DNA from: Paragordius varius
Taxonomy: Eukaryota; Animalia; Nematomorpha
Direction: 5' to 3'
NCBI GenBank assembly: GCA_964247055.1
Contig: OZ176056.1
Location: 8,742,001 to 8,806,000, forward strand
Length of the DNA: 64,000 nucleotides
The notes under the pieces were generated by a model. It ran no database searches. It was not told where the DNA came from and was given only the letters and a program-made list of their open reading frames with translations. Shown here piece after piece: positions 50,512 through 63,747 of this stretch (its first letter is position 1; the number at the start of each line of letters is the position of its first letter). The position numbers were made by a program, and so were the translations under genes.

Positions 50512-50944
50512 TACCCTTGAAAAAAATGTGTAATTCGATTAAATATGCAATTTATGCAGGTCAACTCACATTATTGTTGGCCAATTCCTTTTACATCAAT
50601 GTATGAATAACCTTAATTTTGTAAAAAATGTTTTTTAATGCAATCCGAAGGACATTCATTAAATTTTAACAGAATGATTGTTATTTCACATTTATTATTA
50701 AGAGAATTGGCTAACATTTGTTAGCTGGTATACAAATGTGCATTAATTGTCTAATTATTTTTAACCTTTGATTTATGTTATTTTGAAATTTATCTTTAGT
50801 TAATTTCGATAAACTTTCATCACACACTAAAACATTGGTCGGCAATTTAAGAGGGCCATTCTCAAAATTTAAAAACTTGGCTGTCCGCACATTAATGTTC
50901 CATTTAATCAATACATTATTTCATATTTACAAGTCGTATTGAAA

Positions 50945-51028
50945 CCTGTTGCTGTTTTAGGAAGCGATTCATTTTGAAATTAAAGCCCGGTTCTAATTCC
51001 ATTTTTTTACGACCGGTTCGAAGCCCTG
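50945..51028. mobile_element. Isolated hAT-like right end
   Basis: ..CCCGGTTC..GACCGGTTCGAAGCCCTG; the reverse complement starts CAGGGCTTCGAACCGG. Confidence 0.3.
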
Positions 51029-51108
51029 TTATTATTATATCAAAAAACCATATTGTCATAAAAAATAATTTATTCTGACTAAACAAATGTCAAAATTTAT
51101 TTATCCGA

Positions 51109-51441
51109 ATTCCGAAAAAATAACTTTTAGCAATTAATTTATATTTAAGCAGTTTCCCCGCTGCTATTCCTATATGGGCCCGTATTCTACGCATATGTTG
51201 ACAATTTGTTTGTATCAACGAATATGTGAGCATGCAGACAAGCGAAATAGAGAAAGCTTCACTTAACAAGCTGTCCCAATGAATTAGGAATTTAGTCTTC
51301 ATAGTAGGATAGGTTTAAATATATGTTTAGGAATCTAAGTGAGGCGCCAGGTGAAAAGATAACTTCAAACGATTTTTTTTTGGGAAAGGTTGGCCAGTAT
51401 TTAAAGCTTAGAGGGGCCCACAATTTATAGTTCCGCCACTG
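51109..51441. mobile_element. hAT-like end fragment, duplicated at 55301-55621
   Basis: GGGCCC motifs and terminus GTTCCGCCACTG (reverse complement CAGTGGCGGAAC). Confidence 0.5.
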
Positions 51442-53520
51442 TGTGAGGCTATATAACTGCACAACCCTTTTTGCAATATATTCTTATAAATATTAGACCT
51501 TGCATTATATTAATGATGTTTTAGTATTAATATAACAATGTAAAATATTAACTACTTTACTCTAAATAATATTTAGAGACGAAGAAAACATGGACAATGT
51601 TCCTGCTAATAATACTAATATAATTGGCATATTTTTTTTCGTATAATAGCTAAAAGTTATATTTCTTATATCAATGGTTAAATATAATTTTGAGTAACAT
51701 TATGTAATTATTTTTATTTATATTATCATATTTATGGTCTTATTCTGAAATGTAACATAACACCAAAATAAGGGCAGTGGTGCCCAAATTCAAAAAATTA
51801 TTTTACAGTAAACTTAGATGACATGAACTTAAAAGTCACCGCTTATAAAACAAACATAAGATTCTCTTTAAATGGATTGATAATTATAAACCCCCAAATG
51901 TAAAGTTTGCTTGTTAGGTGAAATTGTAACTATCTTTTTATGTAGAAATAATTTTGCAAACATATTATTAAATTCCGATGAGGCCAAGTTTGAAAAATGA
52001 TTTTTAAATTCTTTAAACAATTAAACTTTGATGAAAGTCCGATTATATTGCAAAAATTAAATTTAATTAAATTATTTTAATCTGATGGATTATTACACTT
52101 TATTTTATATATTATATGAAAGCTTTTTCAACAAAAGTAGCCAAATTATTAAATTTAATAATGTGAATTATTTATCTGATGTTCACCACTTTACTTACTT
52201 GTTGTAAAAAATTATATCAAATTATTTAAAAATAGCCGATTGCTAAAAATCATTATTTTGAGATTATATATTTTCCGATTAAGAGATATAGTGGGTTGTC
52301 TCTAAATTATAATAACTACATTTATGATCAATTTAGCAATATATATTAGCTTAGATATAGCAATTATATATTATGTATTTTAAAATACCCAGAAGTAGCA
52401 AATAATGGATCTGGGATGGAAGCTAAAGAAAGTGGAAAATCCAATACTATGGCTGGTATTTATTTTTAATTGATTTTGCCAAGATTTTGGATTCTCAATA
52501 AATTTTCTTTAAAAAGGATTGCAACTAAAATCAACAGTAATTACAGTGACTTAAAGGTCACTATTTATGATTTGAGATATGTTGAGGCACTAAATTTACT
52601 TAATATACATTGAATTCAACAGATTCTAAGAACTAATACTTTAGAGTTTTTTAAGAAGTTATTCGCCAAAATACATATTTGATTATTGATGGCGCAATAA
52701 TGTCAAAATTCGTTTGAATCATTAGCGGTGTGGCACTATGAAAAAATTTCAGTAGGCTATTTTAATTTTATTGTAAAAGGACATTTATACAAATTGGTTT
52801 TTTTGTAAAATATTTTTTTGTTTTGTCTTTAATTATTTTCTTCTTAAATTTTAACATGCTGGATTCGGTGTTTTGTTCAAAAAAGTATACAAATTATACA
52901 AGAATCTTTAACGGCCTATTTATCTCAATCATGCGTAATTGCTTAATTGTATACTTAGAGGTAATGGGCATCCTACAGAAAAATTGAAACCTCATAGATA
53001 TATTTCATAAATATAATTATATAAATTTAAGACCTTATTTAAAATAAAATTAGTGTCAAAAGAAAATAAGAGTGAATCCAGTGGTGAGCTCGAATTCCAT
53101 AACTCTACAACTTATAGATTATATATTTTACATAATGGAAAAAAGTTTTAATTTTTTTTAAGTGGTTTTTTTATATATTTTAATGTAAAAACAACTTTTT
53201 TTAAGTTATCTTTTAAATTTATTTTCACATTTATGGGGATATTATTTTAATGCATGGTATCACAATTAAGGTAGTGCTCTAAACAGGGGTGTTAAAAACG
53301 CTATCATCCGCATGCGGTCCACTAACCATTTCTATAGCCTTGATGCAATCAAATAATATTGCATTCCTAAACATATTTTCCGATTTCGGAGTTTTGATAA
53401 AAACTAACATAATTGTGTAATTAAATAATAGTTTAACAGTCATAATGTTAAAAACAATTTTCCGAATGTGCCATTCAGTATGGATCCTAAAATGTAGCTC
53501 GAGAATTGATTTGTGTTAAA
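51442..53520 (-). pseudogene. Decayed CR1/L2-like LINE RT region forming the X/Y repeat unit
   Basis: Ordered minus-strand remnants: SILNGTFGKLFL, AILFDCIKAIEM..HADDSVF (X: ETYADGVL), IYKL*SYGIRAHHWIHSYF (X: YGLQAVHSIHSFF, with synonymous TAT/TAC and GGA/GGT), TEIFS, TSHSIGF..HPRSIICYF. Confidence 0.6.
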
Positions 53521-55719
53521 TACATTTGCTTTAAACCAAAAAAAATAAATTACATCATAAGTCAGGGTTATTATTCTCCTGTTATATATCTGGAAAAAGT
53601 TATATATATAAGTCTTGAATAGTCGACCCCCAAATATAATTGTAAAGTTTAGTTGTTGGCTTGAAATAAATGTGTAATCATGCTGTTATTTATATATGTT
53701 GTTTAACAATCATATTGAATTAAATGTTTACCCAATCAAACGGAACGTTTTCCCAGTCCATTAAGTTTTTCCGAACAATCGAAACAATTTGATCGAATTT
53801 CCCATTTATTTATAACATTATTCCCAAACAGGACAAATATTTTCTCAATCAATAAAAACGCTTTTATAGATTTATAAAACAAGTAGCGTTTAATGATTAT
53901 AAAGCTGATTATAGTATTTGACCCCACAACCCTTTTTTGCAATATTTTATTTATGACGAAATGTTGAATAATTCAAAATATTAGACCTAGCATTTTATTA
54001 ATAATGTTTTAGTATTAATATAATAATGTAATTATTAAATACTTTCTAAATAATATTTAAAGACAAAGAAAAGGACAATGCGCCCGCTAACAGGAACACT
54101 GGTATATTTTTAATTTCAACGTATAATAGCAAAAAGTATATTTTAATAACAGTTGCATTCGTAGGACAATCATAATCAAAAATTAATTAAAAAATTAGAA
54201 AGATAATTATGAACAAAAAATATAAACGATATACCCTTTCAATAGTAATCGCAGACTTCTCAATGTAATATAATTTAGAGTAATAATGTCTTCTAAATAA
54301 TTTTTTATTTATATATTCTCATATATATGGTGATATTATGAAATGCAACATAATATCAAAATAAGGGCAGTGGTGTCCAAATCCAAAAAATTAATTTTAC
54401 AGTAAACTTAGATGACAATAACGTAAAAGTCACCGTTTATAGAACAAATAACATAAAATATCTTTAAATGGATTGATTATTATAAACCCCCAATCGTAAA
54501 GTTTCTTGTTAGGTGAAACTATCTTTATATGTATAATAATTTTGCAAACATATTTTAAAACCCCGACGACGCAAAGTTTGAAAAATAATTTTTAAATTCT
54601 GCAAATAAATTAAATGTTGATGAAAGTCTAATTAATAATATTAAATTTTATATAATATTTATAATTATTTCAATCTGATGGTTTATTACACTTTACTTAT
54701 ATATATATATATATGTGTGTGAAATCAACAAAAGTAGCCAAATAATTAATTTTCTTATAATAATATAAATTAATTAAGAACAATCTGATTGTCCTGACAT
54801 TTGTTAATTGCTGTTAAAGCAAACGAAATTCTTCGAAAATAGCAGAAAATCATTTTGAGTTATTTAATATTTTCCAATTAAGAGATCTAGTTATAAAAAT
54901 TACATTTATAACCGATTTAGCAATTTAATATAACTAGGAAATATTAATTATATATTATGTATTTTAAAATCTCCAGAAGTAACAAATGATGGAGCTGAGA
55001 TGGAATCTAAAGAAAGTGGAAAGCCAACTACTTTCTCTATTATTTATTTTTTTTTCAATTAATTTTTTTGCCAAGATCTTTGATACAAATTTTCTTAGAA
55101 AAAAAAGGATTGTAACTAAAATCATCAATAGTTATAGTGTCTTAAAGCTCATATAATTTTTACTATTTATGATTTGATATATGGTGAGGCACTATATTTT
55201 GTTAGTATATTTTAAATCACATTCTAAGTTTAGTAATAATTATTGATTGCAATAATGTTATTATTAGCGGTATGGCACTATATCGAAAAAATTTTAGTAG
55301 ATTCCGAAAAAATAACTTTTAGCAATTAATTTATATTTAAGCAGTTTCCCCGCTGCTATTCCTAGATGGGCCCGTATTCTACGCATATGTTGACAATGTG
55401 TTTATATCAACGAATATAGCGAATTAAAGAAAGCTTCACTTAACAAGCTGTCCCATTTATGAATTAGGAATTTAGTCTTCATAGTAGGATAGGTTTAAAT
55501 ATATGTTTAGGAATCTAAGTGAGGCGCCAGGTGAAAAGATAACTTCAAACGATTTTTTTTTGGGAAAGGTTGGCCAGTATTTAAAGCTTGGAGGGGCCCA
55601 CAATTTATAGTTCCGCCATTGTGTGAGGCTATATAACTGCACAACCCTTTCTGCAATATATTCTTATAAATATTAGACCTTGCATTTTATTAATGATGTT
55701 TTAGTAGTAATATAACAAT

Positions 55720-56337
55720 GCAAACTATTTAATACTTTACTCTAAATAATATTTAAAGACGAAGAAAACAATGTTCCTGCTAATAATATTAATATTGGTA
55801 TATTTTTTTTCATATAATAGCTAAAAGTTATATTTCTTATATCAATGGTTAAATATAATTTCGAGTAACAATTTTAAAATATTAACTACTTTATTCTAAA
55901 TAATATTTAAAGACGAAGAAAACAATGTTCCTACTAATAATATTAATATTAGTATATTTTTTTTCATATAATAGCTAAAAGTTATATTTCTTATATCAAT
56001 GGTTAAATATAATTTCGAGTAACAATTTTAAAATATTAACTACTTTATTCTAAATAATATTTAAAGACGAAGACAACAATGTTCCTACTAATAATATTAA
56101 TATTGGTATATTTTTTTTCATTTAATAGCTAAAAGTTATATTTCTTATATCAATGGTTAAATATAATTTTGAGTAACAATTGTAAAATATTAACTACTTT
56201 ACTCTAAATAATATTTAAAGACGAAGAAAACAATGTTCCTGCTAATAATACTAATATAATTGGTATATTTTTTTTTCGTATAATAGCTAAAAGTTATATT
56301 TCTTATATCAATGGTTAAATATAATTTTGAGTAACAT
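55720..56337. repeat. Four tandem copies of a ~154-bp unit, present once in Y1
   Basis: AAAGACGAAGA anchor at ~55755, 55909, 56063, 56217. Confidence 0.95.
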
Positions 56338-58086
56338 TATGTAATTAATTTTTTATTTATATTATCAAATTTATGGTCTTATTCTGAAATGTAACATAAC
56401 ACCAAAATAAGGGCAGTGGTGGCCAAATTCAAAAAATTATTTTACAGTAAACTTAGATGACATGAACTTAAAAGTCACCGCTTATAAAACAAATAAAATA
56501 AGATTCTCTTTAAATGGATTGATAATTATAAACCCCCAAATGTAAAGTTTGCTTGTTAGGTGAAATTGTAACTATCTTTTTGAGTAGAAATAATTTTGCA
56601 AACATATTATTAAATTCCGATGGGGCCAAGTTTGAAAAATGATTTTTAAATTCTTTAAATAATTAAATTTTGATGAAAGTCCGGTTATATTCAAAAAATT
56701 AAATTTAATTTAATTATTTCAATCTGATGGATTATTACACTTTATTTTATATATTATATGAAAGCTTTTTCAACAAAAGTAGCCAAATTATTAAATTTAA
56801 TAATGTGAATTAATTAACCATCTGATGTTCACCACTTTACTTACTTGTTGTAAAAAATTATATCAAATTATTTAAAAATAGCCGATTGCTAAAAATCATT
56901 ATTTTGAGATTATATATTTTCCGATTAAGAGATATAGTGGGTTGTCTCTATATTATAATAACTATGATCAATTTAGCAATATATATTAACTTAGATATAG
57001 CAATTATATAGTATGTATTTTAAAATATCCAGAAGTAGCAAATAATGGATCTGGGATGGAAGCTAAAGAAAGTGAAAAATCAAATACTATGGCTGGGATA
57101 TAGTTTTAATTGATTTTGCCAAGATTTTGGATTCTCAATAAATTTTCTTTAAAAAGGATTGCAACTAAAATTAACAGTAATTACAGTGACTTAAAGGTCA
57201 CTATTTATGATTTGAGAAATGTTGAGGCACTAAATTTACTTAATATACATTGAATTCAACAGATTCTAAGAACTAATACTTTAGAGTTTTTTAAGAAGTT
57301 ATTCGCCAAAATACATATTTGATTATTGATGGCGCAATAATGTCAAAATTCGTTTGAATCATTAGCGGTGTGGCAATATGAAAAAATTTCAGTAGGCTAT
57401 TTTAATTTTATCGTAAAAGGATATTTATACAAATTGGTTTTTTTGTAAAATATCTTTTTGTTTTGTCTTAATTAATTTCTTCTTAAATTTTAACATGCTG
57501 GATTCGGTGTTTTGTTCAAAAAAGTATACAAATTATACAAGAATCTTTAACGGCCTATTTATCTCAATCATGCGTAATTGCTTAATTGTATACTTAGAGG
57601 TAATGGGCATCCTACAGAAAAATTGAAACCTCATAGATATATTTCATAAATATAATTATATAAATTTAAGACCTTATTTAAAATAAAATTAGTGTCAAAA
57701 GAAAATAAGAGTGAATCCAGTGGTGAGCTCGAATTCCATAACTCTACAACTTATAGATTATATATTTTACATAATGGAAAAAAGTTTTAATTTTTTTTCA
57801 GTGGTTTTTTAATATATTTTAATGTAAAAACAACTTTTTTAAGTTATCTTTTAAATTTATTTTCACATTTATGGGGATATTATTTTAATGCATGGTATCA
57901 CAATTAAGGTAGTGATCTACACAGAGGTGTTAAAAACGCTATCATCCGCATGCGGTCCACTAACCATTTCTATAGCCTTGATGCAATCAAATAATATTGC
58001 ATTCCTAAACATATTTTCCGATTTCGGAGTTTTGATAAGAACTAACATAATTGTGTAATTAAATAATAGTTTAACAGTCATAATGT

Positions 58087-58428
58087 TAATATTAGTTGGG
58101 TATAATTTATTATAACACAATAATGGGAAAACACAGTAATGCAATGGACTTAAAGAAGTTGTTGTTTATATAGGTTTTATTTAATTCCGAGAAATGTATA
58201 CGGATCTTATTATATATTTTTATCGTTCATTAACATATACAAATTTCTGAGAATGATGAGTGTGCATTTATAAAACAGTCACGTAGTCTAAAACTTGTCA
58301 CGTAGTATATAACATGTCACGTAAAATATTAATAACAGAAAAGTATTATAAGTATGCATTGAATAGCAACGTAATATATAAAATAGAGTTATGTTTTGTT
58401 GCATATTATATAACATCTGATCATATCT
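58087..58428 (-). repeat. 3' LTR
   Basis: Matches 63411-63747 except ~6 substitutions, one ~5-bp indel and terminal differences; preceded on the minus strand by PPT AAAGGTGGGAG (~58429-58439). Confidence 0.95.
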
Positions 58429-58435
58429 CCCACCT

Positions 58436-61400
58436 TTAATAAGAAAGACGATCCGGAGCTTTTCGTTCCCGGCGAGGATAACGGCTTTGTACTTCTATCA
58501 AGTTACACTCCGACTCCACAGCTTCCGTAACTGGGATCTCTGGTACACTGTCAAGGGCGGGTTGTGACATAACAGACTTCTGTAGCTGATCGGCGTGTTT
58601 TCGCTGAATTTTGCTACCGTCATCAGTCTTGTAAGATAATAATCCTGTTCTTTCAATTACTTTTCCTTTCCGCCACCCCTCTGCTGTTTCATTTTTAATC
58701 AAAATAGCATAATCAACGTCAAAGCTATAGTATTATCCGTAAAATCTGATGGTATTGTCTTTAACCATGACAAGGGACTAACAATTCTCTTTTTAGGAAT
58801 AATGAGCACGGTGTTGCTCTCGTTGCATTATGAATTGCTTGCCGATGGCTCCACAAAATGGTATTCATTGCTTCTTGCGGAGAGATGTCCCTCTTCGTAG
58901 CTTTATATTTAGTTTTCAATGTGTAAATAGATCTTTCTACCAACCCATTCGTTCGTGGATGATACGGACTCGACGTAACATGTTTAATGTTTAAGTGTTT
59001 AAGCCTTTCATCAAAATCGTGCGATACAAAATACGATGCATTATCATTTACTATCATTTTAGGAAAACCATATCTCGCAAACAATTGTTCTAAGCAATTT
59101 AAAACAGACCTGCTCGTAACTTGTTTCAATAAATTAACTTCCAGCCATCTGGACGAGCTGTCAATTGTTACCAGCCAGTAGAAATTATCAATGGGACCAG
59201 CAATATCTATGTGTATTCTTTCCCAGACGGCGGTGTTGAAATTCCATTTGTATGTTGGATTTTCCTGGACATTGGGCTTGTATCTTTGACATGAGTCACA
59301 TGTCTTCGCAAGCAATTCAATACTTTGGTCCAAGCCTGGCCAATATACACTGTGGCGCGCAAGGGACTTCATGGTACTTATCCCTGGGTGTCCAGTGTGA
59401 AAGTAGTTTAGGACTTCATTTTGCATGGATCTAGGAACAATGAGTCTATCCTCCAAATAAACTAAACCATACGATGCTTGGATAACGTTGCGATGTCATT
59501 GATAATTTTTTAGATCTGGATCATCCCAATTGTTGGAATTTAATGCAATTTTTAATTTTTTTATCACCGGGTCCTTATTGGACTGAACTAATACATTTTT
59601 TTTATTAATGTTCAAATCGTTCATAGATAAGAACCGAATGCTACAGCATGATCATCATCCATTTCAGGATCGTCAATTGCTAATCTTGATAGGGGATCAG
59701 CTAAATTTTGAACCCCTTTATTGAAATGAATGGTATAATCATACCCCTATATTTTATAAATCCAACGTAATAATTTTATATTAGTGACTCCGGTTAAGTT
59801 CCGGTCTTCCCCAAATAATTTAATCAGTGGTTTATGATCAGTCAATATTTTAAAAGATCTCCCATATATGAAAGGGTGAAATTTGTTAACCGCGAACAAA
59901 ATCGCCTTGGCCTCTCTTTCGATCGTCGAATAATGTTTTTCAGAATTTAAACATTTCCTGGATGCGAAAGAGATTGGCCGCTTGCCATCTTCGGTTACAT
60001 GGAAAAGGATGGCACCCAAACCTTCGTTTGAAGCATCGGTCTCAATCAATAATGGCAATTGCGGATTGTACGGAATCAGTTCCACAAAATTTGCTATTAG
60101 TTGTTTTGACAGTGCAAATTGTTTATCATGAATATTCTCCCATTTCCATGGCATTTTGTTTCCAGTTAAAGTGTGCAGATCACTTATGACTGAATGTAAT
60201 CTTGGAATAAATTTTTCATGAAAGTTTAATAGTCCTAAAAAGGACCGTAATGTTGTTTTGTCCTTTGGAACAGGACATTTCAAAATAGCCTTGATTTTTT
60301 CATTCGTTGGCTTAATACCTCTTTTAGATATTTCGTATCCCATGTAGGATACTTTTTCCTGGAAGAATTTCATTTTATCTGGTTGCAAACGGAATCCGGC
60401 CTGTTCAAGTTTCTCCAACACATGCTCAAGATTTGCTTTGTGTTGAGTGTCTGTATTGCCGGTTACCAGAACATCATCCAGATAAGCACAAACGCCTGTG
60501 CAATCATCCAGAATTTGATCCATAACTCGTCATTGGAGCATTTGTGAGCCCGAAAGGTAATCGTTTATACGTAAAGTAACCTCTGTGTGTTGTAATTGTC
60601 AGAATATTAGAGCATTCCTTACACTGCTCAACAAGGTTTTGCACCACCCCATAATTTTTGCATTTTCTGATACCTAATGGCATGGAAAGGCCAAGACAAA
60701 AAAGAAAATTGAGGCCACCAATAGGATTTTTCCGAAATTTAATTTTTAAATTTGTATTTAATTTAAAAATAACAATCATTCCTCGTGTACATATGTTTAA
60801 ATATTCAAACGAACAAGTCGATAAAAGTAATGTTCCATGCATGAATAACAAAATTCTAGGCTCTAAATAAGATACTAAACAAGCTAAGAGCCAAAGTATT
60901 AAAAATCTAAAAGGGGCTTATGTATAGTGTGATAGATCGGGGCGGCTGCACAAGCTCTGCATATCCCCCAAACGATCTAATTATGCCAGATATGGCAAAG
61001 ATAACAATAAGTAATCGTAAAGCCCGATAAGAGAGACTTGCAAGCAAAATCCAGGCAAATTAACATGTCAAATTAACCAATTCACAGAATAAAGTTAGTT
61101 AGATAAATTCTCAATTAAATTGAATAAAAAGATTAGGTAAATACAAATGGTCTAATCCCATAATAGTAAATTCTACTAAAAGTGGCTACACAACATCCAT
61201 CTGAAATTAAAAATACAAAACAACCAATAATTTTAAAAAAGTATATCCACTAGGTATAAATAAAATTTTTTATTGTAAGAACCAACTCAAAAGAAAAAGC
61301 CTAAAAAATACTCGAAAGAACAAAAACTAACAAAAAAAATATAGCCTATCTGAAAGCCGAAGGGTTAAACCATAGAATGACTTTTTTAGTATTTTTTTAA

Positions 61401-63377
61401 AAATTGTTTATACGTATTAAAAATTCACTTGAAAGAAAAAGTTAAATTTTGACGTTTAAGTCCGTACTATTTTTTTCTCTCTGATATTTAAATGACATAT
61501 TTATATTCAAAAGATAGAGTTTAAAACGCTTTAATAAATGATATTAAGTTTATAATATAATAACATTTTATTATAAAGTTATATTTAATTTTCTCTCGAT
61601 TTTCTCTTGTTTTTGAAAAATTGAAAAACCTATAATATTTGAAAATTCTGATTGGCGGGATCAAAAATTTTTTCACATTCGGTTTTAAAACACTGAAATT
61701 AGTCATAATTTAAAAGTTTGAGTGGTGGTGCTCAAAAATGTCTAAATTTGTCGACTAGTGTTATCAACCGGTAGTTGTAAGTAGGCATCTTTGAGATCCA
61801 AAACTGAAAATGAATGTCCATTTCCGATTTTACCCAATAATTGATCAAATGTCGGAATGATATGAGAATCTTTTGATAGATAAGGATTGATTGTGACACG
61901 AAAATCGGCGCAGATACGAGCCTCCCCATTGGATTTTAATACGTTGACCGTTGGGGTTGCCCAAGATATCTCAGTTGTTGTTGGGTCTATTGGTTCTATA
62001 ATCCCCAAATCTAACAATCTATTCAATTCATTTTCTACCAATGGTTGCAATGGTAGAGGAACTCTACGGCATGGAAAAGCTTTTGGTTTTGCATCCGGTG
62101 TCAAAAAAATTTTGATCGGATTGCCGTTGTAACAACCAAGTTCCTTTGAGAATAGTTTTGGAAATATTTTGGTCAGCTCCATCTTCTCATTAGAATTTAT
62201 ATTATTGATTACACCCTTTGGAAAAGGTAGCTTGTACGCTTTTATCCAAGGTAATCCAAAAATTGGATCAAAATTGCTTTTAGTTACGATACATGGTAAC
62301 GTTTTCTTTTCATTGTACAACGTCACAGTGACCATAGTTTTCCCTAAGATTGTTATCTTATTATTATCATACGTGGTTATTTGATCGGACCACGTTAACT
62401 TAGGGCTACCGATCTGCTTCCATATTTGTTGACTTATGAGACAGCAGTCAGCACCGGTATCGAAAATCATATCTATCATATTATTGTTGATCTTCACTTT
62501 CATTTTAGGGGTAGTGCCCGCTTTTATAGATCTAATTTGATCTAAATTTCTCACCAACTTTGTTTTGCACATTGAACTAAAGTGGTTATTTTTGTTGCAA
62601 ATGTAGCATGTTTTGCCCCAAGCCGGACACTTGTTTCTCACATGCAGTGATCCACAATTTCGGCAATTTACTTTAGTATCATTATTATCCCGGACATCAT
62701 TATTCTTATTGTTTTTATAATTATTATTGTTATAATGGCCCTTGTTAAAACTTCCATGAGGTTTTACATTTCTGGATCTATCCACTTTAAGCTTATTGAT
62801 TTGCGAGGGAAGATTATCGGCTTCCTCAAAACTTAAAGCCATATCGACCAGCATTTGTAGTGTCAGTGGTTTGTCATCTAACCTACCGAGCGGATATTTG
62901 TGGAGTTCTCTTTCTAATCTGGGTTGATTTAATCCAATCAAAAATATATCCCTGATTTTGTTAAAAATGTCCGAATCAAATCCAGAATTGTCGGCCAAAA
63001 TTCTCAAACGTTCTAAATACGAAAGAATAGATTCATTATCACCACGACGAATACGATAAAATGCACATCTATTCACCCATAGACTTTTGTTAGGGCATAG
63101 ATTTGAACTGCAATTTTATAGGTTTCCGGCCATTCCAAATCTTCGATGGTATCAGGATATAGAATATTTTCAATTTTGTTCAAAATTTTAATACCACCGA
63201 AAGCTAAAAATAATTTTTTTATATTGGAATCCGCGACAGGAATATCCCTGGACGCGAGTACCCTTGCTATGTGCTTGACATAATTTTTGAAATTGTAACA
63301 TTCGTCAAATGGTTCAAGAATATTCGATTTAGAGGATTTTGTGCATTACTAAATGATGTATCTCCGGGATTTTCCAT
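58436..63377 (-). pseudogene. Gypsy gag-pol, frameshifted and split by family A copy 3
   Basis: Gag start ATG at 63377 (frameshifted EPFD); zinc knuckles CRNCGSLH..C and CYICNKNNHFSSMC; protease FDTGA; RT WATP, LDLKDAYLQ, RLPFG, YLDD; RNase H TDAS, EREA, TDHKPL; integrase HPG..C..C, HIDIAGP, DNA, NGLVER. Confidence 0.95.
60622..61760 (+). mobile_element. Family A copy 3 (Chapaev3/CMC-like) inside the Gypsy RT
   Basis: TTA|CACTGCTCAACAAGG...GTCGACTAGTG|TTA; removing it plus one TTA rejoins YLQLPVD-KECSNILTITTHRG. Confidence 0.93.
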
Positions 63378-63410
63378 TAGGCAGAATAAATTCTTTTTCT
63401 CGTCGCCTAA

Positions 63411-63747
63411 TAATATCAGTTGGGTATAATTTATTATAACACAATAATGGGAAAACACAGTAATGCAATGGACTTAAAGAAGTTGTTGTTTATATAGGTT
63501 ATATTTAATTCCGAGAAATGTATACGGATCTTATTATATATTTTTATCGTGCATTTACATATACAAATTTCTGAGAATGATGAGTGTGCATTTATAAAAC
63601 AGTCACGTAGTCTAAAACTTGTCACCTAGTATATAACATGTCACGTAAAATATTAATAACAGAAAAGTATTATAAGTATGCATTGAATAGCAACGTAATA
63701 TATAAAATAGAGTTATGTTTTGTTGCATTTTATATAACATCATATTA
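63411..63747 (-). repeat. 5' LTR
   Basis: Followed on the minus strand by PBS-like TTAGGCGACGAG (63410-63399); priming tRNA not assigned. Confidence 0.95.

Larger units (their letters stand above)
58087..63747 (-). mobile_element. Ty3/Gypsy LTR retrotransposon (Mag/K02A2.6-like), recent but disrupted
   Basis: Two LTRs; 5-bp TSD AATGT (58082-58086 / 63748-63752) confirmed by the empty site at 53444-53448; domain order gag-PR-RT-RH-INT. Confidence 0.96.
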
